From: Amoeboaphelidium protococcarum X5
Lineage: Eukaryota; Fungi; Aphelidiomycota
Direction of reading: 5' to 3'
Assembly: GCA_023515725.1 (NCBI GenBank)
Contig: JALDTO010000206.1
Coordinates: 268,189 to 332,188 of the forward strand
Length of the DNA: 64,000 nucleotides
Under the pieces are notes generated by a model. The model did no database searches and had not been told where the DNA came from. It was given only the letters and a program-made list of their open reading frames with translations. The translations under genes and the position numbers were made by a program. Below, piece after piece: positions 11,310 to 24,791 of the stretch (positions are counted from its first letter, which is position 1; the number at the start of each line of letters is the position of its first letter).

Positions 11310-12683
11310 TCAACAGTAACCATGTGAGAACACTCCGTCTCTGCACTTGACACAGTGCTTAGCGCGTTTCTCGCTAGCTCTTGGGACGTAACAGCACTCA
11401 GAACATCTCATGCCAGACATACGCCACTGGAGACCACATGCATTGCATAGAATCACACTTTTCCACTCTGGGCCCCATTGCTCCTTCACCTCGCGCCAAA
11501 TAGGAGTATCTCTAGTCTTGCAAGAAGTGCAGCACTTGGTTCCCGCCGTACTTGGCTTTGGTACAATGTTGGAAACTGAAGCTGTCAGTTCTTCACTTGA
11601 TGCAGAGCTGGATGATGGGGACTTGACTTTGCGTCGTTTAGGAGCTTAGTTCACAGTCTTCTTACTACGGGAGAGAAACAACTGCGACATTGACGCGTCT
11701 GATTCTTCTACAACACTGTCAGAGTCAGAATAGGTGTTGAGCACACGACTTTTAACGCTCTTGCCACGTTTAGCTTTCCCACTCTTGCTACTAACTGACG
11801 ACTAGCTCGAAGTTGATGCATCCTCAAGAAGATCCAACATCTGAGATTGCATGATACCAATAGACTTGTAAAAGGCAGATGGACGTTGCTTTTAAATGCG
11901 GGAACTGATAACTCTACCGATCGACGCAGAAGATGCATTAGAGCTCGCAACAGACGACTAAGAGCCTCTACGCTTGAAGCGCGGTGGCATGCTCACACCT
12001 TGACACTTCCAAACGACATCAACACGCTCTTCACCGAAACCAATTTTAAAAACCAGACCAGGAGACTACGATCTTGGTTCTTATTGCTAAGACTAATGAC
12101 AATGATGAGATAAGTCAGCTGGACTACTCAAACGCTCCAAGCGATCCACAATTGTATTATCCGTTTTCAGCGGCGACTTTTCAGGAGTTAAATCCGAGCA
12201 CACCGAGTCATCAGACAAATCACGCGGTGTAAATAATTCAGATCTCTTGACAATTAGAGATGGAGCGGAAGCATCAGATTTGATATGATGATGATGCTGA
12301 TGATGACCGTATCTTCTAGGAGATGTCATGAAGCATTTTGGTGTTTACATCGGTGTCATCAAAAGCGCATCAGCAGACACGATAGGGGAATCTCTGCAGT
12401 TCTACTGTTCATCTCCAGAAACCGCCTTCTGTTCAATCCCATCAACGGCGATCTCACCATAATTCAGTGATATACGCGGCACTTTCTATCTGGGACACGG
12501 CTACTCAACTTTTAAGGCAGATGCTTCAAAGTCGTAATCACCCGCTGACTTTTGGGCAATGATATCACGATTCTTGTCCACCAGCAGCATTTCGTTCTAT
12601 TTCTTAATGCCAATATCTTGAGCAGGACTACAATTGGCGTGAATCATTTGATCAAGTTAATTCGGACCTACATAATCAATCAT
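11310..12683 (-). CDS. GATA zinc-finger transcription factor with Ash1-like extended finger (start uncertain)
   Basis: CTSCKTRDTPIWRE...LCNACGLQWRMSGMRCSECCYVPRASE...CVKC at the C-terminus; 458-codon frame without internal TGA. Confidence 0.85.
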
Positions 12684-13146
12684 GTGAGTTTGATACCTCA
12701 ATCAGCAACGTTGACTTGATGATTGTTCTATACGCGACGAGTGCGTAACACTTGTTGTAATATCAGACGCTGCTAGCGATCTTGATATCAACTTATGATG
12801 CTCTTTTAAAGGCGTATCTCGTAGCGACATCACAATCATCTAGACACGATCGAGCGGAAACACTTACAGTTATTATACAAGTTCTGCCAGCAGAATTCAA
12901 AGTGTGGTATATTTAGCACAGGCGCAGTTATGGAGAAGAATTGATGTGATTGTTGGAGTGTCTGTGTGGCTTTACATCTTATCGCGCGCCTTCTGAAATG
13001 AGGCGTTGTTTCAATTCTCACCCACGCGGGTAAGATAAGGCTGCACGCTAATAATTAAATTGTGCTGAGATTAATACTAAGCAGAATAATATACTTAAGA
13101 GGGATTATTCATTATCTAGACAAATTTTACTTTAAAAATCAATAGT

Positions 13147-13743
13147 TCATTGGCTCGTTTCTACTTATTAAGCATTAACTTCACCTTAATCGGTCGTCGC
13201 CTCTTCAAACTATGAGGAGGCGTCCGAATCAATAGACAACTTTCTACTATATTCTGTCCGTTGTGGCCTAAGAATTTACGCGACTTCCTATACTTGACTA
13301 CATAGAGAGTCAAGATCATCATCATCAAGAGGTCGAACTATTTCCCCGTAAATCTTCATATCTCTGTCGAAAGGCTCCACCAGAAGCCAGCTGCCTCTTT
13401 TCAGCCACACAAAATTTCTCAATTTACGCGATAGTTCACACAGCACAACGTTCGACTCTTATTACGCGTCATTATCCGTGCCTGCATTGTTTTCCGCGTC
13501 CTGATGCTTTTATTCAGCAAGTAAATTGTGCAGAGATTCACACTCAAAAAGGTTATTGCCAACTCCTCTCACCAATCGAACGTAGTTTCTCATATCTGGC
13601 AAGTTGCTTTATAACGCATCGATTCCATATCGCTCTGTACTGCCATTACCGACAGCCTATTAATGTTTGGTCTAACCTTTATTATTTTGTATCCGTTAAT
13701 GCTGGCTCATAAGCCTCATTACCGAAATTTTCTTCTTGCCCAT
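13147..13743 (-). CDS. EIF1AD: eIF1A-domain (S1-like) protein EIF1AD (198 aa)
   Basis: VRLVRGVGNNLFEC...LCELSRKLRNFVWLKRGSWLLVEPF...KIYGEIVRPL. Confidence 0.8.
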
Positions 13744-14108
13744 TTATCTAATTACTTTTTATTTTGATCAGTTTTTATAACGCGAAGAAATCGACAAGTA
13801 AGAGACAATCCACATACACCGGAGCGCCATCATTTATTGTGGACTGTAAGCGTCGCATAGTATCCTAGAAATTCACTAATATTGACTTAAGCAAATTTAA
13901 TCATTCAGCCGATACATACATCCTTTCATAGGCCGGGAAGCATCAGACCGTTCGGGGCAACGCTGATTTGTCAAGTTTCAAATGAACGTCGCGATGGGTA
14001 ACATGGCAACCATATCGATCTATTGAAATTGAGGTACTTTTAACTTTCTATTTTACCTTTTTTAACAAATTCAATCATTTTAACGTGCTAATATCTCTCA
14101 TCTGAAAG

Positions 14109-14836
14109 ATGAAAGCTGCAATTTTGTGTTGTATCATATTGTTCACGCTATCCCATTTTGGACTGAGTTAGCAGATTGGAACTGAAACCGCTGTTGCATC
14201 ATTGGTGTCAACTTCTGCTTAAACAACATGTCCATAGGGGTATAAGAAGAGCGACAATAGCACTGGCCTTAATGAAAGCGATGCTTGCGCAAAATGCAAC
14301 GCTACGAACGCTTAAGGTGAGTGCATAGGTGAATAAGAACAAGGATCACAAGGTATATTGGTGGTAGCGGCAGGGACGATAAGCATATGCGCTGCTGCAT
14401 TTATATTTCGACGTATCCGTAAGCTATTTATTATATAATATTGTAACAGTAATCGTTGTGATGTGTTAATGTAGAACGAAGAAGAAGAAGATCATTATTA
14501 GCTCAATTTCCCGACTTTGAACCTGAGAATTTCGCGTATGGTAACGATTAATCATCACCAGTGAATATGGAGGCTCTTTCGCCAGATGCTCCTGTGCTGA
14601 GCAAAGCATTAGTGTTTAAAGTATCAGACTCAGCATCAACCTCTAATGCAGGTAGCCGATGTAATACACCGACTAAAAATCGCAGTGTCTTAAGGAATGT
14701 ATTCACATCTAATCGCGCTAGTCACGACACCATCCAATACGTGCAACTCAAGCAGAAAGCGTTATTGCAGGACGGAAACGCTTCAGGGGATTTGGGACTA
14801 TAAAAAATCAAGCTGGATGCTAATATAACGAAATGA
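14109..14836 (+). CDS. Small type I membrane protein (signal peptide, 4-Cys ectodomain, TM, poly-Arg); intron 14419-14474
   Basis: MKAAILCCIILFTLSHFGLS signal; TM ILVVAAGTISICAAAFIF followed by RRIQRRRRR; splicing restores the frame. Confidence 0.7.
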
Positions 14837-14899
14837 AAATCTTATTGAGACTTTTCTTAAAACTTAAGTCTAAATTTTAATACTTCATTCATAAAAAAA

Positions 14900-15994
14900 T
14901 CATTGTCTAGGATCATCTAACGCGTTCTCTTTGCCAGAGGAAATCTAATTGTTGGCAGGATCCAAGGCTCGTAGCTGGAGAAGACAACTCTGTCTGGCAG
15001 CATGATTATCACGCCACGCGTCTTGGTCGGATTGTCCAAATTTCGAACGGTACCAAGACAACTCCTACTTTTGCAATTCTAATTCTTCAAGCACAGACTC
15101 CAGTTTCAACTCCAAAGTCCTCACGTGCTCCTTCTTCTTACGCCTGGACTCTTTAGCTGCTTCCCGGTTCTTCTCCAGACGGCGCTGCTTTCTCTCCTCG
15201 CGACTTCCAATCAGTTTCATGCCACCGTATTACTCATTGCGGAATGGATTCTGCTGATTATGAGATGTCGGTAATGCGATTTTTGGAGAGATTGGCGGAA
15301 ATCTCTACTACTGGACTTACAATGAGGATGACTGAGGATCTACAGGAGTTACCGGATCACTTATAGCGCGCATTCTATTAAGAGCGTCGACGTACATTTG
15401 ATCACCGTGACTCAACTGAGATGCTGATGCGGATTACATATTCAGCTATGAGACACCATAGTTCAATGTAGATGACTGAGATAGAGAAGATCGACGCGAA
15501 GTGTATGCAGATGCAGCAGTGGATGTTACAGCAGACTATGGTAGTGAATACTAAGTGATTGCCTGTGGGGTGAACGAAATTGGAATCGCCCCTTTCACTC
15601 TATATTGTTTCATCACAGGGTGAACAGGTGCAGTTTTAATTGTATTGGCATCGCTTATGAACTGATTATACAGATCAATGTTCTCATCATCAATATCGTG
15701 AGCAGAGTCCAAATAATCATACAGAGCAGTTGCATCAGCGCCATCATCGAATGTTTCAATCATTGCATACGCAGACCCATAATCGTAATCCTCAAGCTGA
15801 TTTTGATCATTCATCATCTAATCAAGATTATACGTGTTGACATTGATCTATGGCGCGGGATTATATTACTATTACTGTACTGGATTAGGTGCTTATTGAG
15901 CAGTCTTTGACTACCAACTGTTGATCATTGATTCTTTAGTATCATCGCTAGTGAACGCATCATCTGAATTCTTACTTGAGTGTGATCTATTCAT
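14900..15994 (-). CDS. CREB/ATF-like bZIP transcription factor (364 aa)
   Basis: RKQRRLEKNREAAKESRRKKKEHVRTLELKLESV basic region and leucine zipper. Confidence 0.88.
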
Positions 15995-16307
15995 TTCTAA
16001 TCTATGTATGCAGCACCTTTAAAAGAGGATAATTAAAATTATTTTAGCTAAAAGAATAGGATCCCATTTGATGATGATTTGCTTGGCTCTTCTGAAGATA
16101 CCTCATGTAACTGTGTAACATCATGACCGTATCTAGTCGTTCAATCAAAACCTCCGATCTTGGTCACGAGTTGTAGCAAAAATTTAAACTGCGCTCAAGT
16201 GTAGGGGAAACTACTTCATCTGATTGTAACACAGTATGTATAAGGAAAAATACCTTAATAACAAGATCAAATCTAAGGAATAAAAATTTATACATTGTGT
16301 TCAGCAA

Positions 16308-17234
16308 TCACTACGATTTAGATGAGCATGAAGGACAGTACCACAGGCCATGCGGTGGCTAGCCGAGAGTAAGTCCAACGCACTCATAATGAAACCATCC
16401 GTACGGGCAATTTCCAGCATTATCACACTCAATCATATCCCCAAAAGATCCCTGTTGACAAATACAATATAGCTGATCTTGATCCAGTTCTGCATCTTGA
16501 CCATACTCGTTCTAATCATTAACAGCGGCGTAAGAATCACCTATAGAACCTTCTTCTTCATCGTCATCATCACCTTCGTCGTCATCGTAAGAGTAAGATT
16601 TACGTTTCTTCTTCTTCTAGTTCTTACTACTAGACTAGCCCACATTTCTAGCGCGCCTATTGACTCGAGGTGACTAGTGATCGTATACAGATGTGCTTCC
16701 TAAGATGGAGGCCTCAAGAAGAGCCGGATCAACATTAGAGCCACCATTGGCAGCCGCCTCCTTCACAGCATTATTAACAGTATCATTCAGGCGTTTGAGG
16801 TGTTTATTAATAAGCTCCAAGGCACGTTCAGTCAACAATATCTTTTCATCGCTAAGCGTTCTTGCCTGTGCATACTTTTACCTTATCTACTGCACCGTAG
16901 CATCGCTCACAATTAATTACTAGAGGGACTGACCACCACCTCCACCTCCTCCTTCTCCATTTCGCTATCCGCCGCCATCGTTACTGCTACCACCAAGAAA
17001 CAATTAAGCTGCGCCATTCATTAAAGAATCATTACCGCCTCCAGCTATGGCCGGGGGAAGAGTGCCAGATTGTCGCTTCGACAGCGTAGACAAATGACTC
17101 TTTTACATGCTAAATATCTAACGTCGCAATTCCAAAATCTCGTCATCTCTACTCCTAATCTCTTGCATGTGATGTCTAATCTCGGCAGGCAGATTCTCTA
17201 TACTCTCCACGAACTCTTCCAAATACACCGCCAT
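16308..17234 (-). CDS. ING-family PHD finger protein (308 aa)
   Basis: N-terminal [16 protein letters not shown]; C-terminal [31 protein letters not shown]...WYCPSC. Confidence 0.93.
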
Positions 17235-17419
17235 ACTTACACACTATCTCTTTCTCTAAACCTTCAATAACTTTTGTTGAAAGTTAAGGAACGCAAAATA
17301 CTACTGCGATCACCTCAAAACTTAACAGAGCGAAAAAAACTCTGAACGCGACCCCTTCATCTCTTCAACTTTAGACTTACTTACCTTGATCATAATTAAC
17401 AGAAAAAACAGAATATAAA

Positions 17420-17856
17420 ATGCAGTCAGGCTTGAAAGTGGAGCGCGTCGAATTGGTAAGATATAAATAATTCATATTATAAAATGATATAATCCCCCTT
17501 TTATGCAATATGTGTAGATATCCTATAGTGTGCATGATCCAGGAAATGTTACAGTGGCAATCGAGTATGAGGATCATACGTTAGGAAATGCTCTGCGACA
17601 CGTAATCATGAATATTGCCGATGTTGATCTTGTTGGATACTCTAATCCTCATCCTAGTGAGCCGAAATTTCACTTTAGGATACAATTACACGAGTGGTCA
17701 CAAAAGACTGCGCTTGATGTACTCGCCGAAGGATTGGAAGAGTTGGGAAAATGTGCAAAACACCTTTACGAGACCATGGAGGCTGATATGGAAAAAGCAA
17801 GACGCGATCCAAGCTGTGGAATCATTGAACAGATATCATATGAAGCTTCCTTTTGA
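17420..17856 (+). CDS. RPC19: RNA polymerase I/III subunit AC19; intron 17456-17517
   Basis: EDHTLGNALRHVIM...VGYSNPHPSE motif; in-frame GT-AG intron. Confidence 0.9.
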
Positions 17857-18105
17857 ATAGAATAAAATTGTCTTTTTGATACTATTTACATTGCGTTTCT
17901 TGATTTTTTAGTAATGCTGACCACGAGCGTCTATCATTGTGGATGGATGGATTTATTTTGTTCAGCTTGTCGTCGCGGATCTCCTTCTCGTTTCAACAGC
18001 ATTCTCCGGCGCTTGTTCACTTTATTATACTCTAGTTAAAAATCTATTGAACTTTTATATCACATTTCAATTGGTGTCTTAATTATTTTATTTTACATTA
18101 TAATA

Positions 18106-20442
18106 ATGACAGTGTATACAAGCAATAAGTAGAGTTCTTCCACTACTGTGAAAGGTTCATCAACATAGAGAAAGAGAATTAGAAAAGTTTGTAAAGTGTT
18201 TATAAATGATGTGCAACGTCCTCCGAACTAATAGACCTCTAGAGTGCAGCAGAATATGGTCCATTAAAATTTGAAATTGGTGGATAAATGTATATAGACG
18301 TCTGAAAGTTTATTATTTCAAGAGTAATAGCAGAGGGATGGCAAGCAGACGTCTAAAACTGGTTAGCCTCCAGTTCACACATAGACTGAAGTTATTGGTA
18401 ATGCTTTCAATGATTTCCTGACTCGACGCAAGCTGTCAACTTCCGTATCTGCTGCTGCTACTGCAGGAAACAAAGAGAATGTTCATGTAAAAGATGATTT
18501 AGATTTGTAGAATAAATCTTCTACTCAGGCTTAGGATGATTATACTTCCCCTGTAGAGTCGTTTGATTAATAGAACGTTAGTGCTGACACTGATAGTTAA
18601 CAATCTTCTGGCATTAACCACTTCTTACGCGGTAATGCGAATGATATAGATCAAGTTATTGCAAATTCAAGATGCAAGAGGAGGGAAGAAGAGATTATGT
18701 TGGGTATAAAGTTTAGAGCAATGAAAGAGTAGATTAGTATCTAAATCAAGTAGGCGCGGTCAGAACTGCGGAAACTGGATAAAATGAGCTCTACTATGAA
18801 AGAGGATTCTGGTATGATAGACAGGCGTAAAAAGTTATAAGAGTTGGAAAGATCGCTGCTTACTTAGTTGGCTGCCGAAGATTCTGCTTTTAAGTTCCAA
18901 AAGTAGAAGCTCCGATCTCAGTATTTGGCAGATTTGAAATAGTTGTAACGACAAAAGTTGGAGCTAAAGCTGAAGCATCTGCAAGAATAGAGGAATAGTA
19001 GTCAAATTACTGGTGATGAGAGGACGTATAGTGAGAGCAGTAGTTTTATTGATGATTAATCTATAATGATTCTGAAATAGAAGGTTGAGGCCCTTCGAGT
19101 ATAGAAAAGTCAACGCAAGTCTCCAGTATCTGGTATTAAAGTACCTGAGGCATAGTTTCAAGTTGAGTAGTAACGCTAGCCTGAGTAATTTGGCATTCAG
19201 GCTGAATTGAGAAGAATATCTGACATTCTTGATCGTATTTACCGGGAAGAGTTACCTGGGCAGCGTTAGAGAATCAATGATACCATGTCGTCTATCCTAT
19301 CCGACACTTCCTCTGTATCGATAGATTAATCATCGATTCTAAATTCTCTGTCTTTATCCTCATTTATTTAGTCGAATGATAGCTTGGACCGGGTAACGCA
19401 GAAGGTTGTTGATAAGATTAACAAAGTATCATCGAACATTGTGCACCAACCAGAATATTCTGAATCTTCTGGAGTGAGCTCTTTCGCTGCAGATTTGATT
19501 ATAGACAGGCCTGAGTATACCGTAGTTGCTACTGATAATAAATTGGAAAGCATTAAAGTTGATGTTCAAGTATTAGATTCTGTTTAAGTGCTATAATAAC
19601 AAGAGTAGGCTGTAGAGGAATTAAGTTAACCTGATCAACAAGTGATTGCGTCATTGGAGGATGAAAAGGTATAGACTGAGCTGACTGAAGCTAGTATTTA
19701 AGAGTATTTGGAGCAATCACAAGTGGATATTGACACTTTGTCGTCGAGTAGTTTGGTCAAGGAAGACACTGCAGTAAAGTAGTTGGATGTAGTTGAAGTG
19801 CCTGCTCTAAAACTAGAAGACAGTCTAGATGCGGTGAATGCAACTACCGATAAAGCTATTTTAGTTCCAGATTATGAATAATGGATGGAGCAAACGTAAT
19901 AAATAGTTATTGAAGAAGTAATTGATTCTGTCGTTAGCCAAGTGGTAGAACAGTAGTAGTCTGCTCCAATTACTATTTAAACCGAGAGTCCGAAAAATTG
20001 GAACGACCAGATTATGGATTTAACGGATATTATTTTGAATGGAATATAAGTTGTCGATAAAAAATTGTAGATTAATGGCAATTTTGAAAAGATTACATCT
20101 TACTCTGCTGAGTTGAAGACTTTGGTGTTGGATCTTATCATGGATGCATACGATAAGATTCAGCTGAAAGCTGGCCATAAGCCAAGGCTTCTAGTCGGGA
20201 AATAGAACGTATCCGGAGTTAGATAATAATTACGCAAGGAAGTTTCGCTGTATCTGTAATACTTTAGTAAGAATGGTGAAAATATGGACGCTTTACTCAC
20301 TGAAGAGATTTAACTTGAAGAATTGTCGTGGGTGAAGCGGCATGATCTGGTTCCTCAAGTTTAGTTGCGACTGGAGTAGTCAATTTTGAGCGAGTTGTTA
20401 CTGGAGACTACCGTGTATTATCATTCTACATTTGATCGATGA
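18106..20442 (+). CDS. Gln-rich coiled-coil protein, CEP350/DUF4378-like C-terminus (778 aa)
   Basis: 779-codon frame without internal TGA; C-terminal MDALLTEEIQLEELSWV...QVQLRLEQSILSELLLET resembles the CEP350 tail. The ORF is solid; the family call is tentative. Confidence 0.55.
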
Positions 20443-20758
20443 GACTGATTATGCCGCTATAAATTTAATTTTACCAGTTCATATTTTATTTTCAAGTTTC
20501 CAACGCCATTACATTTTGCATCTTTTGTTACTTTGATAACACGTTTGGCTAAAGTTGCAACGTAACATGGTGAGCTCCAATCATTGGTCTTGAATCCAGT
20601 TACGTTACATTCATGTGGTCAGATGCGGTAATGTGGATCACAAATTAAACTCTCTTCCTCCTATAAAAAATACGTGGATATATATTTCCTTCAAATCTTA
20701 AGTATTACTTTCATACTTTTGTATCGGCTTTATCTAGACTTCCGTACGTATACTGAAT

Positions 20759-22063
20759 ATGAAACTAATCTACATTGCAATCGCGCTTACTGCACTTGTC
20801 TACGACCCTGTAGATGCTAGTCCTTGGTTGGGACGCAAAAAGCAGTCGGAGATGTAATAGACTCAAGAGAAGTAGTATCGCTCAATTGGTGGCTATAATG
20901 ATGGCCCTGTAGAAGGTGGTAGGCTAACTAGAAACGCCTTGAAATGGTACGGTCTTCCGACTGCGTAGAATGGCGGTGTTTTTATCCAATCTCAGGAAGC
21001 GGCTGTCGTCATGTGCTGGACTAAGGCGCCAGATGCCAAAATATCCGAGATGAAGGTAAAATTCAACACTAATCATGGCATCAGGGGCGCCAAGGTTGAG
21101 GCCGGTGAAGTCAAAGTGTCGCCGCTGACTGCATAAAAGCTGAAGTAGATTCAAGACGCGTATGTCAAGAATTATGAAGGATTCAGCAAAGCCCTGATTC
21201 CTGATTAAGTGAGAAAGCTTTTGACTGATAGTAGCAATGGAGTGACTATTAATGATCAAGATGCTTAGACTGGTGGTGACATGAGTGGTCTCTCTGGTGG
21301 CAATGGTGAAGGCGAAAGCGAATTTGCATCTAGAAGCCAACAGCGGTCAATGCGCGGAAATCCTAATGGGCCGGACAGTGGCTTGGAGCAGAATCAATTT
21401 TATTAGGATGAACAGGGTTATAGTGATGCGTATGACCAGCGTTTGCAGGGATCTAATCCATCTAGGCATGGCGGAACTACAGGTGGTCATAGCAGTACAG
21501 GCTTTCAACGCAGCGATGAGTATGGTCCTCAAGACGGAGATCTCAATCAAGAGTAATGGGGCTCATAAGTAGACACGGAATCTTCTGCTGAAGATATGTA
21601 TTCCTACAGTGATAGTGACTAGTATGCTGCTTATCCAAGCTCTGCACCTAATGAGGTTGGCTTCTTCAAGCGTAGCACTGACGGTAAGGATGGCGGCATG
21701 CTATTCAATGTGCCAAAGAACTATATGGCAAAGACCAAGTCTGGAGAACCAATTTGTTACGCCGTAGAGTTTACAGTTCCGGGCGACATCAAGCCAAGTC
21801 ATTAGGCTCAGCTGATAGTCTTCCGTGAGAGAGCCATGAAGAACAAGAACCTGCATTCTCCATAGTTCAACATTGTCGCAAAGCCTCAATTCCCTGAAAA
21901 TTTGATAATCGGTAGAAACAGCCATTAGGGAGAAGGATCTGGTAGTTAAACTAGAAGCTTACAAGATAGTGGTTCAAAGTCCGACAAGTAATATAATAGC
22001 TAAGCCAAGGATGGCATTGCCTCATTCTGGACCAAACTCTTTGGCGGTGAAAAGAAATAGTGA
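20759..22063 (+). CDS. Secreted protein of unknown function (434 aa)
   Basis: Signal peptide MKLIYIAIALTALVYDPVDA; central G/S/Q/D-rich linker; no TM segment. Confidence 0.75.
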
Positions 22064-22119
22064 TTTTACTACTTTGATGATGACGGAAGTAATAGATTTA
22101 ATTGACCAACACTTTTCAT

Positions 22120-23478
22120 TCACTTTTCCAAGATTCTATAATCATCCAATCGACATATTGAAAGAGGTACAAACTTTGAAGTTGATTTTAATTCATTCTA
22201 GCTTTCTGTCGTGTTTTGACTAGGTATTTAGACTTGAACTTAAGACTATCCGCCACTGACTTTTTAATTCTACTACATGATACTCAGATAAGGTGACGGC
22301 TGGTGGATTTGATCCGTGTTGCGCATCAATTAACGCGTCATCGAGACTTCTTATTGAAACAGCAATCTCTCTTACTCCAAATGCATTTTCATTTAAATTA
22401 GCTAATCCAGTATTGACATTGCTTTCGATGACAAGTCAAAAGATTATACTGGTAGTTATGGTAGCTATTATGCCTGAACTGCATTCTGATTAAATACTGG
22501 TAGAGTCAATGAGCTTTAAGGAGTGACATTTTAAATCGCGGCATCCACATTCTATCTATCTAGTTTCTAAGACATTCGTCTCTACTCTTGTTAATCTTAC
22601 TACGGCTACTAACTATTACTCTACGTAGATTATCGCCTGCTACCTTATTTACTTCTTGCTTCGACTTTCTCTTACATAGCACCACGTTTATCGCTAAATC
22701 TATTCTTCTTCAACAGCTCTGCCTCTTTCTAAGCTTCCAAAAACTTCCTAGATGCTTCCTCCTTTGCTCGATCTAATTAGGACTATTTCTTACTCCCGGC
22801 AAAAATCATGACTTCTCCATCACCAGATTCACCAGTCCCCTTCTACCCAATAGCCTTTTCATTTTTGCGCTCAAATTCATATTTCCGTGCAAGCTCACGC
22901 CGTTCCCGCTCTATCCTCTCTTCCTCCAATCTGTCCTCCTCCAATCGCCTTTGCTTATCCAGCTCTTTTTTACGCGCAACTTCTGCCATCTGCTGTCTAA
23001 GCAGCTACTGTGCATTCGGTTTGATGCTGATATCCTTGTGATCTTCTGATCGCGCCAGACTTTCCCTGGATTACTATCTTGATATGTCGCGCTGCTTGAA
23101 TTGCATATAATCGTGAGCAAATTCATACTATTATTATTGCGCAGGAGGAGCTTAATATGGAAAATTGGAACCATGATTGTTGTAAGCTGATTGTTTCAAG
23201 CCATGATGATCGAGTCTTTCAAACGATTGATTCTAATTTCTACTAGGCTCATAAAAGTCTCTTTAATGGCGTGCCTAAGGACGGCGGTCATCTTGAGAAT
23301 CCATATACAGTCCTGAAGACTTTTGGACCATCTCGTAACCATAATCGCTATCATTGCGATACAAATTTTTCCCAATCTAAGCCTGTCTTTGATCCCTTTA
23401 TCTGGATGTATCACCATGATCTTACACAGGAGCAAATGGATTGTCAGTACTTGTCGCATTACCGTATCGCTTGACCAT
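22120..23478 (-). CDS. Coiled-coil protein with CSPP1/CCDC66-like charged helix (452 aa)
   Basis: QQLLRQQMAEVARKKELDKQRRLEEDRLEEERIERERRELARKYEFE; the ORF is solid, the family call is tentative. Confidence 0.5.
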
Positions 23479-23875
23479 ATTCTAATAATTCTATGTTTCT
23501 GATAAGTGAATTATGCTAAAGATGTTAAATTACAAATGCTTTCACAAACGATCACAATAGAAGATTACAAGAAGATTGAATATCTCCATGGCAACCAATT
23601 CTCCTTCACTGCACTGCAGCACATCACAATGCAGTAGTAAGTGCGCAGACATATAGTGATTTATGTTTTTCTTTTTGTTCTAGCTACATTATTTTGAATC
23701 AATTATATTAACATATATCCCAATTATCTTCTTCAGTTCATTTGTTCTATAAAATTAAAATTTTATCATTGTGTCAAGACAACTCCTTAGCACTATCGTT
23801 TCTGGACAGCGACACGCGATTTATTTGTGTTCGGCAGACTTCATTTGCATTACAGTATAATCAAACTTATAAGAA

Positions 23876-24496
23876 ATGTCAACTTTGGGTAAATATGCAT
23901 TGGCTATTGAATATGATTATATGAGGACACATCCGATTGATGGAATGTATGTACTCCCAGTGCTTGAAGAGTGTCGCTGGGACGTGGTCTGGTTTGTAAA
24001 AGAGGGACTCTATCAGTAGGCCGTTCTCAAGTTTAGCATTCAAGTGTCTCCTTAGTATCCTTACTTAATATCCTAGCATTAACTACCAGAAGTCATATTT
24101 CATAACAGTAATATTTACCACCCGCTAATTAAATAATACGGCGGTCAGTTGGATATGACACTGTTGAGAGAGTCAATGGAACAGAAATTGCATCAGTAAC
24201 AATAATAATAACACAAACGGAATGAAGGTGTAAATTTTAGTGATGTGTATATGCGCGATATTCTGCTCTATGTATAAAGAGTGTTTACAGATACTGATAT
24301 GATACTAAAAGCATAGTCTGCCGCCGTGGAAGATAGCTCAATGATGATACGAACCAAGATTCGCGACTTTGTGCACTCCACACAGACTAATATGTAAAGT
24401 GCTGATCACGAATACTTCAAGATTCCTTTACAACCCGCCTAGTCAATGTCTGAGGAAGAGTATCGCAACTTGAAATCACAACTCTTACGATAATGA
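23876..24496 (+). CDS. AKTIP: AKTIP/FTS-like ubiquitin E2 variant (206 aa)
   Basis: YALAIEY...GMYVLP...WFVKEGLYQQAVLKFSI...IYHPLI...GQLD; no catalytic Cys. Confidence 0.75.
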
Positions 24497-24791
24497 AGAA
24501 ATTGTTATATTTGAATTATCGTCTAATTATATCTCTATTATGTGTTATTGCGTATATATGAAGCTGAACTCACATCTCATGCATGTAATCCTCTTCACCA
24601 CCCGCACAGTGCGTTTCTCTCTTTCTCTCTTTCTGAGACTTCGCGACAAGTTGGTTGCGCTGTTCTTCCCGCAGCTTTTGGCTGAAATGAAAAATTTGTT
24701 TTCCGTTCTCTCTCTCTTTTTGTATCGTTTTGCCATCAGTGCATGCGTGAATTAGTAACAGTTACACTAGTCTTTATAGTTTAATCGTCTG

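Noticed and set aside
13982-14022. SECIS-like ATGA...AA...GA pattern
   Set aside because: Helix II does not pair properly, and it is not in the 3' UTR of a UGA-containing gene
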